DNA of 38,101 nt, taken from NCBI GenBank assembly GCA_040255145.1, contig JBDZUN010000005.1, forward strand, positions 1 to 38,101. Direction: 5' to 3'. A program made the translations under genes and the position numbers. The notes under the pieces are model-generated. The model saw only the letters and a list, made by a program, of their open reading frames with translations. It did not search any database and was not told the DNA's origin. The stretch is from Hyphomicrobiales bacterium (lineage in GTDB: Bacteria > Pseudomonadota > Alphaproteobacteria > JBDZUN01). Below are positions 18,043-28,628 of this stretch, piece by piece; position 1 is the first letter of the stretch, and each line of letters begins with the position of its first letter.

Positions 18043-18296
18043 ACCATGGCGGCGGCCTTGATGCCGAAAGCAATGAAACAAATCGAGGAATCCGGTTTGA
18101 GGGGCGCAGGAACCTGGCGCGCGCGTTTTGTGAAACGGATGCCGGGTCGCTGTCAACGTTAACGAAGGCGCGGTGATTTTGCCGCGTATAATGTTGCCAG
18201 CGGGTAAAGACGGGCCGGGCCCATACCGGGGAACCCGGCCGGCGCCGGTGAGAGGCCGGCCGATCCCACGTCGACAACCCGGCTGATCGCGCAGCC

Positions 18297-19280
<984 letters not shown>

Positions 19281-19322
19281 CCGATCGCCTCCTTTTGTCA
19301 GACCGGTCCGGCGGCCGCGGCG

Positions 19323-20456
19323 TCAGTAATCGCCGAGCCGGGCGTACCGGTCGCGATGGAAATAGGCGTCGCCGAAGGTTGCCGCGGCGACGCGGGCACG
19401 CTTCATGTAGAGACCGATATCGTGCTCGTCGGTCATGCCGATGCCGCCGAACATCTGCAGGCATTCGTTGGTGACGCGCTGGCAGGTGTCGGACAGGCGC
19501 TCCTTGGCGAGGCTGGCGGCCTGGGGCAGGTCGTCGCGCTGTTCGTCCACCGCCGACAGCGCGTCGAGCACGGCGGACTTCGCCAGCTCGATCTGGCAGA
19601 ACATTTCGGCCGCCCGGTGCTTGAGCGCCTGGAACGAGCCGATGAGCACGCCGAATTGCTTGCGCGTCTTGAGGTAGTCGAGCGTCAGGTCGAAGCTGGC
19701 CTGGGCCAGGCCGAGCATTTCGGCGGACAGCGCGACGCGGCCGCGGTCGAGTACCCGGTCGAGCACGTCCCGGCCGCCATCGACCGCGCCCAGCACTGCG
19801 TCCGCTGCCACGGTCACGCCGTCCAGCGCGATGTGGGCGGTGTCGCGGTGGTCGACCATGTTCGTCGCCGTGCGGCCCACGCCGGCGGCGTCGCCCGGCA
19901 CCAGGAACAGGGTCAGGCCGCCTGCATTGCCCGCATCCCCGGACGTGCGCGCGACAACGATGAATTCGTCCGCCGTCTGACCGTCGATCACGAACGTCTT
20001 TTGCCCCGAGATACGAAAGCCGTCGCCGGCCTTGTCGGCCCGCGTCTCGATCCACGCCGGGTTGTGACGCGGCTTCTCGTCGACCGCCAGCGCCATGCGC
20101 CGCTCGCCGACCGCGACCGCGGGCAGGATGCGGTGCTTCTGCGCCTCTGTCCCGGCCAGCAGGACCGCCGATCCGGCCAGCGCCACGGTCGCGAACAACG
20201 GCGACGCGGTCAGCGTACGGCCGCTCTGCTCCAGCACCAGGCCGAGATTGAAGAATCCGAAGTCGGAGCCGCCGTAATCCTCCGGGAACAGGATGCCGGA
20301 CCAGCCGAGCTCCGCCATCTGGCGCCACAGATCGGTGGAATACGGAATACCGGCGTCGCGCAGGCGGCGAAATTCCGCCACCGGCGTCGTGGTCTCGAAG
20401 AAATCGCGCGCCGTGTCGCGCACCATGGTCTGTTCGTCGCTCAGGGTAAGCGCCAT
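19323..20456 (-). CDS. acyl-CoA dehydrogenase family protein lacking the canonical catalytic Glu motif (putative beta subunit of a heteromeric ACAD)
   Basis: ATG 20456 is preceded by GAGGAA (MALTLSDEQTMVRDTARDFF...). An alternative ATG at 20507 overlaps the upstream stop (TGATG). The C-terminus reads ...AAATFGDAYFHRDRYARLGDY where YEGT(S/N)EIQ is expected. Confidence 0.85.
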   Translation of the reverse strand: MALTLSDEQTMVRDTARDFFETTTPVAEFRRLRDAGIPYSTDLWRQMAELGWSGILFPEDYGGSDFGFFNLGLVLEQSGRTLTASPLFATVALAGSAVLLAGTEAQKHRILPAVAVGERRMALAVDEKPRHNPAWIETRADKAGDGFRISGQKTFVIDGQTADEFIVVARTSGDAGNAGGLTLFLVPGDAAGVGRTATNMVDHRDTAHIALDGVTVAADAVLGAVDGGRDVLDRVLDRGRVALSAEMLGLAQASFDLTLDYLKTRKQFGVLIGSFQALKHRAAEMFCQIELAKSAVLDALSAVDEQRDDLPQAASLAKERLSDTCQRVTNECLQMFGGIGMTDEHDIGLYMKRARVAAATFGDAYFHRDRYARLGDY

Positions 20457-20506
20457 GCGCCGGGCTTCCTCACATCGGGTGGGCTGGTCGGTCGTCTCGC
20501 CGGGCA

Positions 20507-21697
20507 TCAGTCGGGCAGGCCGAGCACGTTCTTGGCGATGACGTTGAGCTGGATTTCCGAGGTGCCGCCTTCGATCGAATTGCCCTTGGAGCGCAGCCAT
20601 TGCCGCGCCGTGACCAGCTCGCGCTCGGAAAACCCGTCGCCGTCCCAGCCCAGGCCCTGGCTGCCCAGCAGCGAGACCAGAAGCTCGTAGCGTCGCTTGT
20701 TCTGCTCCGTACCGAAATATTTCAGGACGGAGGCGGCGGCCCCCGCGCCGTGGCCCTGCTTCGCCTCCTCGGTCACACGGCGCATGGTCAGCGCGAAGGA
20801 GCGGCCGTCCATCTGGTGCTTGGCCACCTTGTCGCGCAGCCCCGAATCGGCGATGCGGCCTTCGACCGCGCCGACATAATCCTTGGCGACCTCTGCCATG
20901 CCGGGGCCGCCGGTGCCGCCCATCATGCCGCCGATGCCGGCGATCATCGTGCGCTCATGCTCCAGCAGGCGCTTGGCGATCGTCCAGCCGCCGTTCAGCG
21001 GGCCGACCAGGTTCTCCTTCGGCACGCGGACGTCGTCGAGGAACGTCTGGCAGAACGGCGAATTGCCGCTGATCAGGCGGATCGGGCTGGTGGAGACGCC
21101 GGGGCTTTCCATGTCGAACAGGATGAACGAGATGCCGCGATGCTTCGGCGCCTCCGGGTCGGTACGAACCAGGCAGAACATCCAGTCGGCCTTGTCGGCG
21201 TAGGACGTCCAGATCTTGCTGCCGTTGACCAGGAAATGGTCGCCCTGGTCGGCCGCGCGGGTCTGGAGGCCGGCGAGGTCCGAGCCGGCGCCCGGCTCGG
21301 AATAGCCCTGGCACCAGCGGATTTCGCCGCGCACGATCTCGGGAATGTATTTGTGCTTCTGCTCCTCGCTCGCGAATTCCAGCAAAGCCGGGCCCAGCAT
21401 GCCGATGCCGAAGCTGGTCAGCGGTGGCCGCGCCTGGATGCGGCGCATCTCCTCCTGCAGGACGCGGGCCTCATGGACCGACAGGCCGCCGCCGCCATAA
21501 TCCTTGGGCCAGGTCGGCGTGGTCCAGCCCTTGCCCCCCATCCGGTCGAGCCAGAGCTTCGCCTCCGGGTTGGGATAGCGCTCCTTCCGCCCGCCCCAGA
21601 CCGTCTCCGTCTCCGGCATCGGGCTGCGCATCGAAGCCGGGCAGTTCGCCTCGAGCCAAGCGCGAACCTCCTGGCGGAATTCTTCCAGATATTCCAT
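20507..21697 (-). CDS. acyl-CoA dehydrogenase (putative catalytic alpha subunit)
   Basis: MEYLEEFRQEVRAWLEAN...WCQGYSEPGAGSDLAGLQTRA... The C-terminal catalytic motif is retained (NSIEGGTSEIQLNVIAK). A GGAGGA SD lies 7 nt upstream. Confidence 0.9.
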   Translation of the reverse strand: MEYLEEFRQEVRAWLEANCPASMRSPMPETETVWGGRKERYPNPEAKLWLDRMGGKGWTTPTWPKDYGGGGLSVHEARVLQEEMRRIQARPPLTSFGIGMLGPALLEFASEEQKHKYIPEIVRGEIRWCQGYSEPGAGSDLAGLQTRAADQGDHFLVNGSKIWTSYADKADWMFCLVRTDPEAPKHRGISFILFDMESPGVSTSPIRLISGNSPFCQTFLDDVRVPKENLVGPLNGGWTIAKRLLEHERTMIAGIGGMMGGTGGPGMAEVAKDYVGAVEGRIADSGLRDKVAKHQMDGRSFALTMRRVTEEAKQGHGAGAAASVLKYFGTEQNKRRYELLVSLLGSQGLGWDGDGFSERELVTARQWLRSKGNSIEGGTSEIQLNVIAKNVLGLPD

Positions 21698-21853
21698 GAC
21701 GATATCCTCCGGCGGCGAACTCGATTCTACCGGAGCGATCCGGGGCGCACAATGCCGCCGCCCGGCGTCCCGGCCGCCGTGCCGACGCGGAAACGGAAGC
21801 CGCCCTCCCAGCGTTGAACAGGCGATTGGCTGGAACTCGAATGGGGGCGGATC

Positions 21854-22033
21854 ATGGGTCTTCTCAAATGGGCGCTGATCTTCTTTGTCGTCGCCCTGAT
21901 CGCCGGGGCGCTCGGCTTCACCGGCATCTCCTCGGCAGCGGCCGGCATCGCGAAGTTCCTGTTCTGGATCTTCCTCGTGATCTTCCTGGTGCTGCTGGTC
22001 CTGGGCCTGCTGGCCGGCAAGGCGATCTTATAG
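21854..22033 (+). CDS. DUF1328 (UPF0391) family small membrane protein, 59 aa
   Basis: Not in the supplied ORF track (below its size cut-off). My own translation: [59 protein letters not shown]. This matches the conserved [26 protein letters not shown] pattern of the family. Confidence 0.8.
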   Translation: MGLLKWALIFFVVALIAGALGFTGISSAAAGIAKFLFWIFLVIFLVLLVLGLLAGKAIL

Positions 22034-22050
22034 CGACGATCCGTCCCCTC

Positions 22051-22066
22051 GGCCCGGTTCCGGGCC
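22051..22066 (+). terminator. perfect palindrome GGCCCGGTTCCGGGCC 18 nt after the DUF1328 stop; candidate terminator stem
   Basis: Read directly from the sequence. It is followed by ATTC only, with no U-run. Confidence 0.3.
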
Positions 22067-22154
22067 ATTCGCCGACGGCATAGGTGGCATTCCCGCCGGC
22101 TCTGTCCGAAACTCCGCGCCGTTCTTGCTTGTGGGACGGACGGAGCCGGATGGA

Positions 22155-23282
22155 ATGAGGCAGCACTGGAAATGGATCGCCGGGGGCGCGGCCTTGGTCG
22201 TCGTCGTGCTCGGCGGATATTGGTACTGGCATTATTCCGGCCTGCACCCGTCGACCGACGACGCCTATATCCAGGCGGACGTGGTGCGCATCGCGCCGCG
22301 GATCGCCGGTCGCGTGCTCGAGGTGCCGGTCGTCCATTACCAGCACGTGCGGCGCGGCGACCTTCTGGTCCTGATCGACCCGGAGCCGTTCCAGGTCGCG
22401 CTCGACCGGGCCCAGGCGCAGCTCGCCAATGTCAGCACCCAGGTCAACGCGCTCGAATCGGCCGTGATCGCCGCGCAGGCGTCTGTGGTCCAGGCGCGGG
22501 CGCAACTCAAGAATGCCGTAACGAATGCACGGCGCGCGCAGGCGCTGGTCAAGACCGGCGATGCGCCGCGCGCCCGGCTCGACGACGCGATGGCCGCCTT
22601 GCGCACCAATCGCGGCGCTCTGGCCGGGGCGCAGGCGCGGGTGAACCAGGCGCAGCATGAGCTGGGGCAGGTCGGCAAGGACAATGCCCAGGTCAAATCG
22701 GCGTTGGCCCAGGTCGAAATGGCACGGCTTAACCTCTCCTATACGCGGATCGTCGCGCCGGCGGACGGCGTGCTGGGCGAGGTGCAAGTCCGGCCGGGGG
22801 CGATGGTCGCGGTCAGCGAGAACCTGTTCCCGCTGGTCGAAGACGGCAGCTTCTGGGTCGCGGCCAATTTCAAGGAAACCGACCTGCGGCACATCCGCAC
22901 GGGGCAGCCGGCCACGATCGACATCGATATCTCCGACCACACCTATCACGGGGTGGTGGCCAGCATCAGTCCCGCCAGCGGCGTGGCGTTCGCGTTGCTG
23001 CCGCCGGAAAATGCCACGGGCAACTGGGTGAAGGTCACGCAGAGGTTCCCGGTCAAGATCGTGCCGACCGACGCCGACCGGGTCGCCATGCCGTGGTCGC
23101 CCTGGCGCGTCGGCGCCAGCACGGCCGTCACCGTCGACACGACGCGCGAGGTCGCTGGGCGCGCGGATCGTGCGCCGGGCGCGGCACCCGCCATACCGGA
23201 GCCGGAACGCGCCCCGGCGCCGACACCGCCCGACCTGCCGCTATCCGGAACCCAGGCGTCGCCCGGTGCGATCCACGGATAG
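22155..23282 (+). CDS. HlyD-family membrane fusion protein (EmrA-like) of an MFS efflux pump
   Basis: N-terminal TM segment (WIAGGAALVVVVLGGYWYW), the STDDAYIQADVVRIAPRIAGRV lipoyl-like motif, a coiled-coil region, and NWVKVTQRFPVKI near the C-terminus. There is an unusual Pro/Ala-rich tail of about 45 aa. Confidence 0.88.
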   Translation: MRQHWKWIAGGAALVVVVLGGYWYWHYSGLHPSTDDAYIQADVVRIAPRIAGRVLEVPVVHYQHVRRGDLLVLIDPEPFQVALDRAQAQLANVSTQVNALESAVIAAQASVVQARAQLKNAVTNARRAQALVKTGDAPRARLDDAMAALRTNRGALAGAQARVNQAQHELGQVGKDNAQVKSALAQVEMARLNLSYTRIVAPADGVLGEVQVRPGAMVAVSENLFPLVEDGSFWVAANFKETDLRHIRTGQPATIDIDISDHTYHGVVASISPASGVAFALLPPENATGNWVKVTQRFPVKIVPTDADRVAMPWSPWRVGASTAVTVDTTREVAGRADRAPGAAPAIPEPERAPAPTPPDLPLSGTQASPGAIHG

Positions 23283-23291
23283 GGTGGTGCG

Positions 23292-24827
23292 ATGAGCGAC
23301 GGACGCGGCAGCACCGACGGCAAGCCCGTCAATCCATGGCTGGTCGCCTCAGCGGTCATGCTGACCACGGTGATGGTCATCCTGGACATGACCATCGTCA
23401 ACGTCGCCATGCCGCACATGATGGGCGCGCTGGGGGCGACGTCGGACGAGATCACCTGGGTGCTCACGTCCTACATCGTCGCCGACGGCATCTTCATCCC
23501 GGCCAGCGGCTTTCTGGCGCAGCGCCTCGGCCGGCGGAAGCTCCTGCTGATCAGCGTCGTCGGCTTCGTCACCGCCTCGGCCCTGTGCGGGCTGAGCGAG
23601 AGCCTGGCGCAGATGGTGCTGTTTCGCGTGCTGCAAGGCGCGTTCGGTGCCTCGGTCATCCCCCTGTCGCAGTCGATCATGGTCGACGAGTTTCCGCCCG
23701 AGCAGCGCGGCCGCGCCATGGCGATCTGGGGTCTGGGCGTGATGATGGGGCCGATCCTGGGGCCTACGATCGGCGGGCTGATCGTGCAGAACCTGGATTG
23801 GCGCTGGGTCTTCTACATCAACGTCCCAGTCGGCATCCTGAACGTCTTCATGGTGCTGGCCTGGGTCCGGCAGACCGCGCGGCACCGGCTGCCGGTCGAC
23901 TGGATCGGCGCCGGGCTGATGGCGTTCGGCATCGGCTGCGGCCAGGTCGTGCTCGACCGCGGCAACCAGGAGGACTGGTTCCATTCTCACCTGGTCCAGG
24001 TGGCGGCGCTGACCTCGGTCGTCTGCCTGACCTGGTTCGCCGTCCGCGCCTGGCGGCGGCCCGACGGCATTGTCCGGCTGAAGCTTCTGCGCGATCGCAA
24101 TCTGGCCACCGCCTCGTTCATGATGGTGGCGTTCGGCTTCGGCATGTTCGGCACCATCGCGCTGCAGCCGCTGCTGCTGCAGAACGTGCTCGGTTATCAG
24201 GCTGACACCACCGGCCTGGTGATGGCGCCGCGCGGCATCGCGTCCGGCTTCAGCATGGTGCTGGTCGGTCAGCTCATCCAGCGCGTCGATCCGCGCTATC
24301 TGGTCGCCTTCGGCCTCGTCGTCTCGGCGGCCGGCGCGTATTTCATGTCGCACTACAGCCTGTTCATCGACCCGTGGTGGGCGATCTGGCCGGGGCTGCT
24401 GCAAGGTGTCGGCATCGGCATGATCTTCGTGCCGCTGTCGACCATCGCCTACGCCACCCTGGATCGAAGCGCGACCGACCAGGGCTCCGCCATCTTCAAT
24501 ATCGCGCGCACGATCGGCAGTTCGGTCGGCATCTCGATCGCCAGCACCGTGACCTATCGGCTCGGCCAGATCACCTGGAACCAGCTCGGCGGCCATATCG
24601 ACGGCTACAGCCGGGCCGTGCACGACTATCTGGCGAACCAGGGCCTCAGCCTGGCCGATCCGTTGGCGCCGCACATCCTCGGCCAGGAATTGCAGCGGCA
24701 GAGCCAGATGCTGGCCTATGTCGATGCCTTCTGGCTGATCGCGATCAGCTTCATCGCGCTCGCGCCGCTGGCGCTTCTGCTGCGCCGGGGGGCCAAGGAT
24801 GCGGCCGCGCCGCCGGGCGGCCACTGA
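23292..24827 (+). CDS. MFS transporter, DHA2 (EmrB/QacA, 14-TMS) drug-efflux family
   Basis: MVILDMTIVNVAMPHMMGALGAT.DEITWVLTSY...GRRKLLLISVVGF...LFRVLQGAFGA motifs. The 511-aa length fits 14 TMS. It starts 9 nt after the MFP gene. Confidence 0.9.
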   Translation: MSDGRGSTDGKPVNPWLVASAVMLTTVMVILDMTIVNVAMPHMMGALGATSDEITWVLTSYIVADGIFIPASGFLAQRLGRRKLLLISVVGFVTASALCGLSESLAQMVLFRVLQGAFGASVIPLSQSIMVDEFPPEQRGRAMAIWGLGVMMGPILGPTIGGLIVQNLDWRWVFYINVPVGILNVFMVLAWVRQTARHRLPVDWIGAGLMAFGIGCGQVVLDRGNQEDWFHSHLVQVAALTSVVCLTWFAVRAWRRPDGIVRLKLLRDRNLATASFMMVAFGFGMFGTIALQPLLLQNVLGYQADTTGLVMAPRGIASGFSMVLVGQLIQRVDPRYLVAFGLVVSAAGAYFMSHYSLFIDPWWAIWPGLLQGVGIGMIFVPLSTIAYATLDRSATDQGSAIFNIARTIGSSVGISIASTVTYRLGQITWNQLGGHIDGYSRAVHDYLANQGLSLADPLAPHILGQELQRQSQMLAYVDAFWLIAISFIALAPLALLLRRGAKDAAAPPGGH

Positions 24828-24845
24828 CCCGGCAGAGAGGCTGCG

Positions 24846-25850
24846 TCAGGCCGGTTCCAGGAAGTCGGCGCGGTTCAGCACGCCCTCGACCGGCTCGCCG
24901 CGCAGGAAGCGGATTGCATTGGCGGCGCCCTGCAGCAGCGCATGTTCACGGAAGCCGGGCACGAACGCCGAATTGTGCGGCGAGCCGATGACGTTGGGCA
25001 GGTCGAGGAAGGGGTGCTTCATCTCGAAGCTGCCCTGGCGGATCGGCTCCACCCACCAGGCGTCGATCGCGGCGCGGAAGGTCGGGTAGGCCGCCAGCCG
25101 CTCATAGAGCGCGGTTTCGTCGAAGATCTCGCCGCGCGCGACGTTCACCAGGATCGCGTCGTCCTTCATCCAGCCCAGCTCGCGCGTGCCGAACATGCCG
25201 CGCGAGGCGCGGGTCAGCGGCACCGCCAGGACGACGACGTTGCTTTTGCGCAGCACGCTTTCCAGCGCGTCCATGGCGTAGAGCGCGTCGGGCGGCTCCT
25301 CGCTCTGCCCGCTGCGGTTGACGCCGATCACCCGCGCGCCCAGTGCCCGCATCATCCGCGCCGTCGCGCGCCCGATGCCGCCATAGCCGATAATGCCGAC
25401 GACCGCGCCGTTCAGCGTGCCGGACAGTGTGCGCTGGTTGAACTCCCCGCGCTTGAGTTCGGCATGCCCCTCGCGCAGCCGCTTCATGAAGGCCAGCGTG
25501 GTCGCGACAACGTATTCCGCCATCGGTTCGGAATAGGCGCCGATATTGGAGGCGATGATCAGGCTGTCGGGCAGCTTGCGGAACGGGATGTGGTCCGCGC
25601 CGGCGGACAGGAGCTGGAGCAGCCGGTTCGGCCCGGCCAGCAGCGGGAATTCCGGGTCGCGCAATTCGCGGCCGATCGCCAGGCTGATCGTCGCGTCGGC
25701 CGCGCGCAGCGCCGCTTCGCGCGCCGCGTCGGTGGCGAGGTCGGGCAGGTGCACCAGCCGCGCCGCGCCGTCCAGCGCCCGTTCGACCAGCGTGCGATGG
25801 CCGGGATCGGTCTTGCTGGACAGCAGCAATGTGCGTTCGCGCGCGCTCAT
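24846..25850 (-). CDS. D-isomer-specific 2-hydroxyacid dehydrogenase family, NAD-binding
   Basis: Start at ATG 25850 (MSARERTLLLSS...). GIIGYGGIGRATARMM Rossmann motif, VNVARGEIFDE, and the catalytic His in GSPHNSA. Confidence 0.85.
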   Translation of the reverse strand: MSARERTLLLSSKTDPGHRTLVERALDGAARLVHLPDLATDAAREAALRAADATISLAIGRELRDPEFPLLAGPNRLLQLLSAGADHIPFRKLPDSLIIASNIGAYSEPMAEYVVATTLAFMKRLREGHAELKRGEFNQRTLSGTLNGAVVGIIGYGGIGRATARMMRALGARVIGVNRSGQSEEPPDALYAMDALESVLRKSNVVVLAVPLTRASRGMFGTRELGWMKDDAILVNVARGEIFDETALYERLAAYPTFRAAIDAWWVEPIRQGSFEMKHPFLDLPNVIGSPHNSAFVPGFREHALLQGAANAIRFLRGEPVEGVLNRADFLEPA

Positions 25851-26077
25851 GCCGCCATCGCCAGCATGTTCGGAGCCGGGATCGTCGACTCTGGTGCGCG
25901 GATCGCGCATCGGTCGAACCGCATCTCGATGATCAGTGGCAGCATGGCGTCTCCCGCCGGACTCGTGGGTCCGACCGTCGCCATCATTCCCGAGCGGCGG
26001 TGCGCCGGTCAATGTCCGCGCGGCTGCAAAAGTGTGCTGCCGCAGTCTGCTCGCCGAGTGTCCGTTGCTGGCGGCGG

Positions 26078-26563
26078 TCAGGATTCCGGCGGGGCGTCGG
26101 GTTCGGTGCGATCGGTCGGGTTCTCGTCGGGTTCGGCCAGACTCTTGACCAGTTCGACGATGCGCCGGCGCACGGCCGGGTCGGCGATGCGCGTGAAGGC
26201 CCGGTTGAGTTGAAGGCCCTCCGGCGTGCCGACGAAGTCGAGCATATAGGGCGCGGGGCTGTCTTCTTCGAAGCCGGCGGCCTGGCCCTCGCCGCGCCTG
26301 CCGGGCAGGCCGTCGAAGAAGGACGCGACGGGCACGTCCAGCACCTCCGCGATGCGGAACAGCCGGCTGGCGCTGATCCGGTTGGCGCCTTTCTCGTATT
26401 TCTGGATCTGCTGGAAAGTGAGGCCGAGCTTCTCGCCCAGCCGCTCCTGGCTCAACCCGATCGTCATGCGGAGCAGCCGGACGCGGCTGCCGACATGAAC
26501 GTCGATCTGGTCCGGTGGACGCTTCGCCGACCCGTCAGCCGGCACACTCGCAAGGGGCTTCAT
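26078..26563 (-). CDS. XRE-family helix-turn-helix transcriptional regulator
   Basis: IDVHVGSRVRLLRMTIGLSQERLGEKLGLTFQQIQKYEKGANRISASRLFRIAEVL (Cro/C1-type HTH) with an acidic C-terminal tail. The start is uncertain (26563, 26590 or 26659). Confidence 0.8.
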   Translation of the reverse strand: MKPLASVPADGSAKRPPDQIDVHVGSRVRLLRMTIGLSQERLGEKLGLTFQQIQKYEKGANRISASRLFRIAEVLDVPVASFFDGLPGRRGEGQAAGFEEDSPAPYMLDFVGTPEGLQLNRAFTRIADPAVRRRIVELVKSLAEPDENPTDRTEPDAPPES

Positions 26564-26817
26564 TTCGACATCCCGCGCACAAGTTCCCATGGTTCCGGGC
26601 CGGCGCGGGCGACGCGAAGCACCCCCCGATGCCGCATTCTGCGAGGTCGATAGGCCCATTCGGCGCCGCTACGGCGGCGCTGCAATTAATACTTATGTAT
26701 GATAGTGCGGATCGGCCGGTCAAGCGGGCGGCCACGGGCGCCGATGCGGCGCTTCCGCTTCGGGGCCGGACGTCCTAGATAAGGCCGGTATGCCGAACCG
26801 ACGGATCCGACGCGCCG

Positions 26818-27984
26818 ATGCAGCCTGACATTATCCTTACGCCGAAGCCTACGGGCGGTGCCGCGCCGGCGCACCGCTCGCTGATCGGCCTGTCGCGTGC
26901 CGGAATCGCCGCCGAGCTTGCCGGCATCGGCGTGGCCGAGCACGACCGGCGCATGCGCGCCGGCCAGATTTGGGGCTGGGCATATCACCGCGGCGCGCGC
27001 GACTTCGCGGCCATGACCACGATCTCCAAGGAAATGCGCGCTCGCCTGGCCGAGCATTTCACGGTCGACCGGCCCGAGATCGTGACCGCGCAGGTCTCGA
27101 CGGACGGCACGCGCAAATGGCTGCTGCGCTTCGCCGACGGGCAGGAGGCGGAGACCGTGTACATCCCGGAGGAGGATCGCGGCACGCTCTGCGTCTCGTC
27201 CCAGGTCGGGTGCACGCTCAACTGCCGCTTTTGCCATACCGGCACGCAGGCGCTGGTGCGCAACCTGACCGCGCGCGAGATCGTCGGCCAGATCCTGGTG
27301 GCGCGCGACGCGCTGGGCGAATGGCCGACACCTCGGGACGGGCGGCTCCTGTCCAACATCGTCCTGATGGGCATGGGTGAGCCGCTCTACAATTTCGACA
27401 ATGTCAAGCTGGCGATGGAAATTGCGATGGACGGCGAGGGGCTGTCGCTGTCGCGCCGGCGCATCACCCTGTCCACCGCCGGCGTGGTGCCGATGATCCC
27501 GCGCGTCGGCGCCGAGATGGGCGTCAACCTCGCCATCTCGCTGCACGCGCCGCGCGACGACATCCGCGACGTGATCGTGCCGCTGAACCGCAAATACCCG
27601 GTCGCCGAGTTGATGGCGGCCTGCCGCGCCTATCCCGGCCTGTCCAACGCCCGGCGCATCACCTTCGAATACGTGATGCTGGACGGGATCAACGACGGCC
27701 CGGCCGAGGCGCACGAGCTGGTGCGGCTGTTGCGCGGTATTCCGGCCAAGATCAACCTGATCCCGTTCAATCCTTGGCCGGGCTCGCCCTATCGCTGCTC
27801 GAGCTGGGAGCGGATCGAAGCGTTTGCCGCGATCGTGCTGCGCGCTGGCTATGCCAGCCCGATCCGCACCCCGCGCGGACGCGACATCATGGCCGCCTGC
27901 GGCCAGCTCAAGAGCGCCAGCGAAAAGCGCCGCAAGGCCGATCTGTTGGCCGAGGCCCGGGCCGCCGCCGCATCGGCGACCTGA
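26818..27984 (+). CDS. rlmN: 23S rRNA/tRNA (adenine-C2)-methyltransferase, radical SAM enzyme RlmN
   Basis: [18 protein letters not shown] radical-SAM cluster motif, MGMGEPLYN, and the C-terminal catalytic Cys region ([11 protein letters not shown]); 388 aa. Confidence 0.93.
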   Translation: MQPDIILTPKPTGGAAPAHRSLIGLSRAGIAAELAGIGVAEHDRRMRAGQIWGWAYHRGARDFAAMTTISKEMRARLAEHFTVDRPEIVTAQVSTDGTRKWLLRFADGQEAETVYIPEEDRGTLCVSSQVGCTLNCRFCHTGTQALVRNLTAREIVGQILVARDALGEWPTPRDGRLLSNIVLMGMGEPLYNFDNVKLAMEIAMDGEGLSLSRRRITLSTAGVVPMIPRVGAEMGVNLAISLHAPRDDIRDVIVPLNRKYPVAELMAACRAYPGLSNARRITFEYVMLDGINDGPAEAHELVRLLRGIPAKINLIPFNPWPGSPYRCSSWERIEAFAAIVLRAGYASPIRTPRGRDIMAACGQLKSASEKRRKADLLAEARAAAASAT

Positions 27985-28076
27985 GGCAAGCCCAAGCCGG
28001 TTTCGCTTGCTGCCGCGTATCCAGCTGCACGGCGCTTTTTCTCCCGTTCTGCTTCCTGCCGCATCCGGCACATGAT

Positions 28077-28130
28077 TTGTCGCTTGTCGTGCAAACAAGT
28101 TGACAAGGAAATCATACCTATGTAGTTTCC
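28077..28130 (+). promoter_or_regulatory. candidate sigma70-type promoter with two overlapping inverted repeats (probable MarR operator)
   Basis: TTGACA (28100-28105), a 17-nt spacer, then TAGTTT (28123-28128). There is an imperfect palindrome TTGTCGCTTGT-cgtgcaa-ACAAGTTGACAA (28077-28106) and a GGAAA-N14-TTTCC repeat (28107-28130) spanning the -10. This is the AT-richest stretch of the intergenic region. Confidence 0.4.
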
Positions 28131-28131
28131 T

Positions 28132-28614
28132 ATGCAACTTGCCGGGAGGTCGGCGTTGGATACCGGGACGGTCAATCCGCTGGATGCGCATCTGGGCTAC
28201 TGGCTGCGCTTTGTGTCGAACCACGTCAGCCACGCCTTCCGGCGCAAGCTGGCGGGTCTGGGCGTGACGGTGGCCGAATGGGTCGTGCTGCGCGATCTGC
28301 TGGCACATGCCGACGCGGCGCCCAGCGCCGTGGCTGAACGGCTTGGCATGACGCGCGGCGCGATCTCGAAGCTGGCCGACCGCCTGATCGCCAAGGGGCT
28401 GGCGACGCGCGAAGCCGGCGGTCCGGACCGCCGCTACCAGACCCTGGCGCTGACCCCGGCGGGGCGGGCGCTGGTGCCGGAGCTGGCGGCGCTGGCCGAC
28501 CGCAACGACGCCGAGTTCTTCGGCCACCTGAGCGTGGCGGAACGGGCTGCGATCGAACAGGCGATGCGCGAGATCGTGCGCCGCCACGGCCTGAAAAGCG
28601 TGCCGGTCGAGTGA
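28132..28614 (+). CDS. MarR-family transcriptional regulator
   Basis: LGYWLRFVSNHVSHAFRRKLAGLGVTVAEWVVLRDL...ERLGMTRGAISKLADRLIAKGL (wHTH). The alternative start at TTG 28156 is preceded by GGGAGG at 6-nt spacing and fits the predicted promoter better than ATG 28132. Confidence 0.88.
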   Translation: MQLAGRSALDTGTVNPLDAHLGYWLRFVSNHVSHAFRRKLAGLGVTVAEWVVLRDLLAHADAAPSAVAERLGMTRGAISKLADRLIAKGLATREAGGPDRRYQTLALTPAGRALVPELAALADRNDAEFFGHLSVAERAAIEQAMREIVRRHGLKSVPVE

Positions 28615-28628
28615 GGAAACATCAGGAC

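Noticed and set aside
18187-18192. Perfect TATAAT on the plus strand
   Set aside because: There is no acceptable -35 at 16-18 nt spacing and no plus-strand gene downstream, since the following genes are all on the minus strand. It is probably a chance occurrence in an AT-richer spacer.
26686-28587. 633-aa ORF on the minus strand
   Set aside because: It is antisense to rlmN and MarR, both of which have unambiguous motifs on the plus strand.
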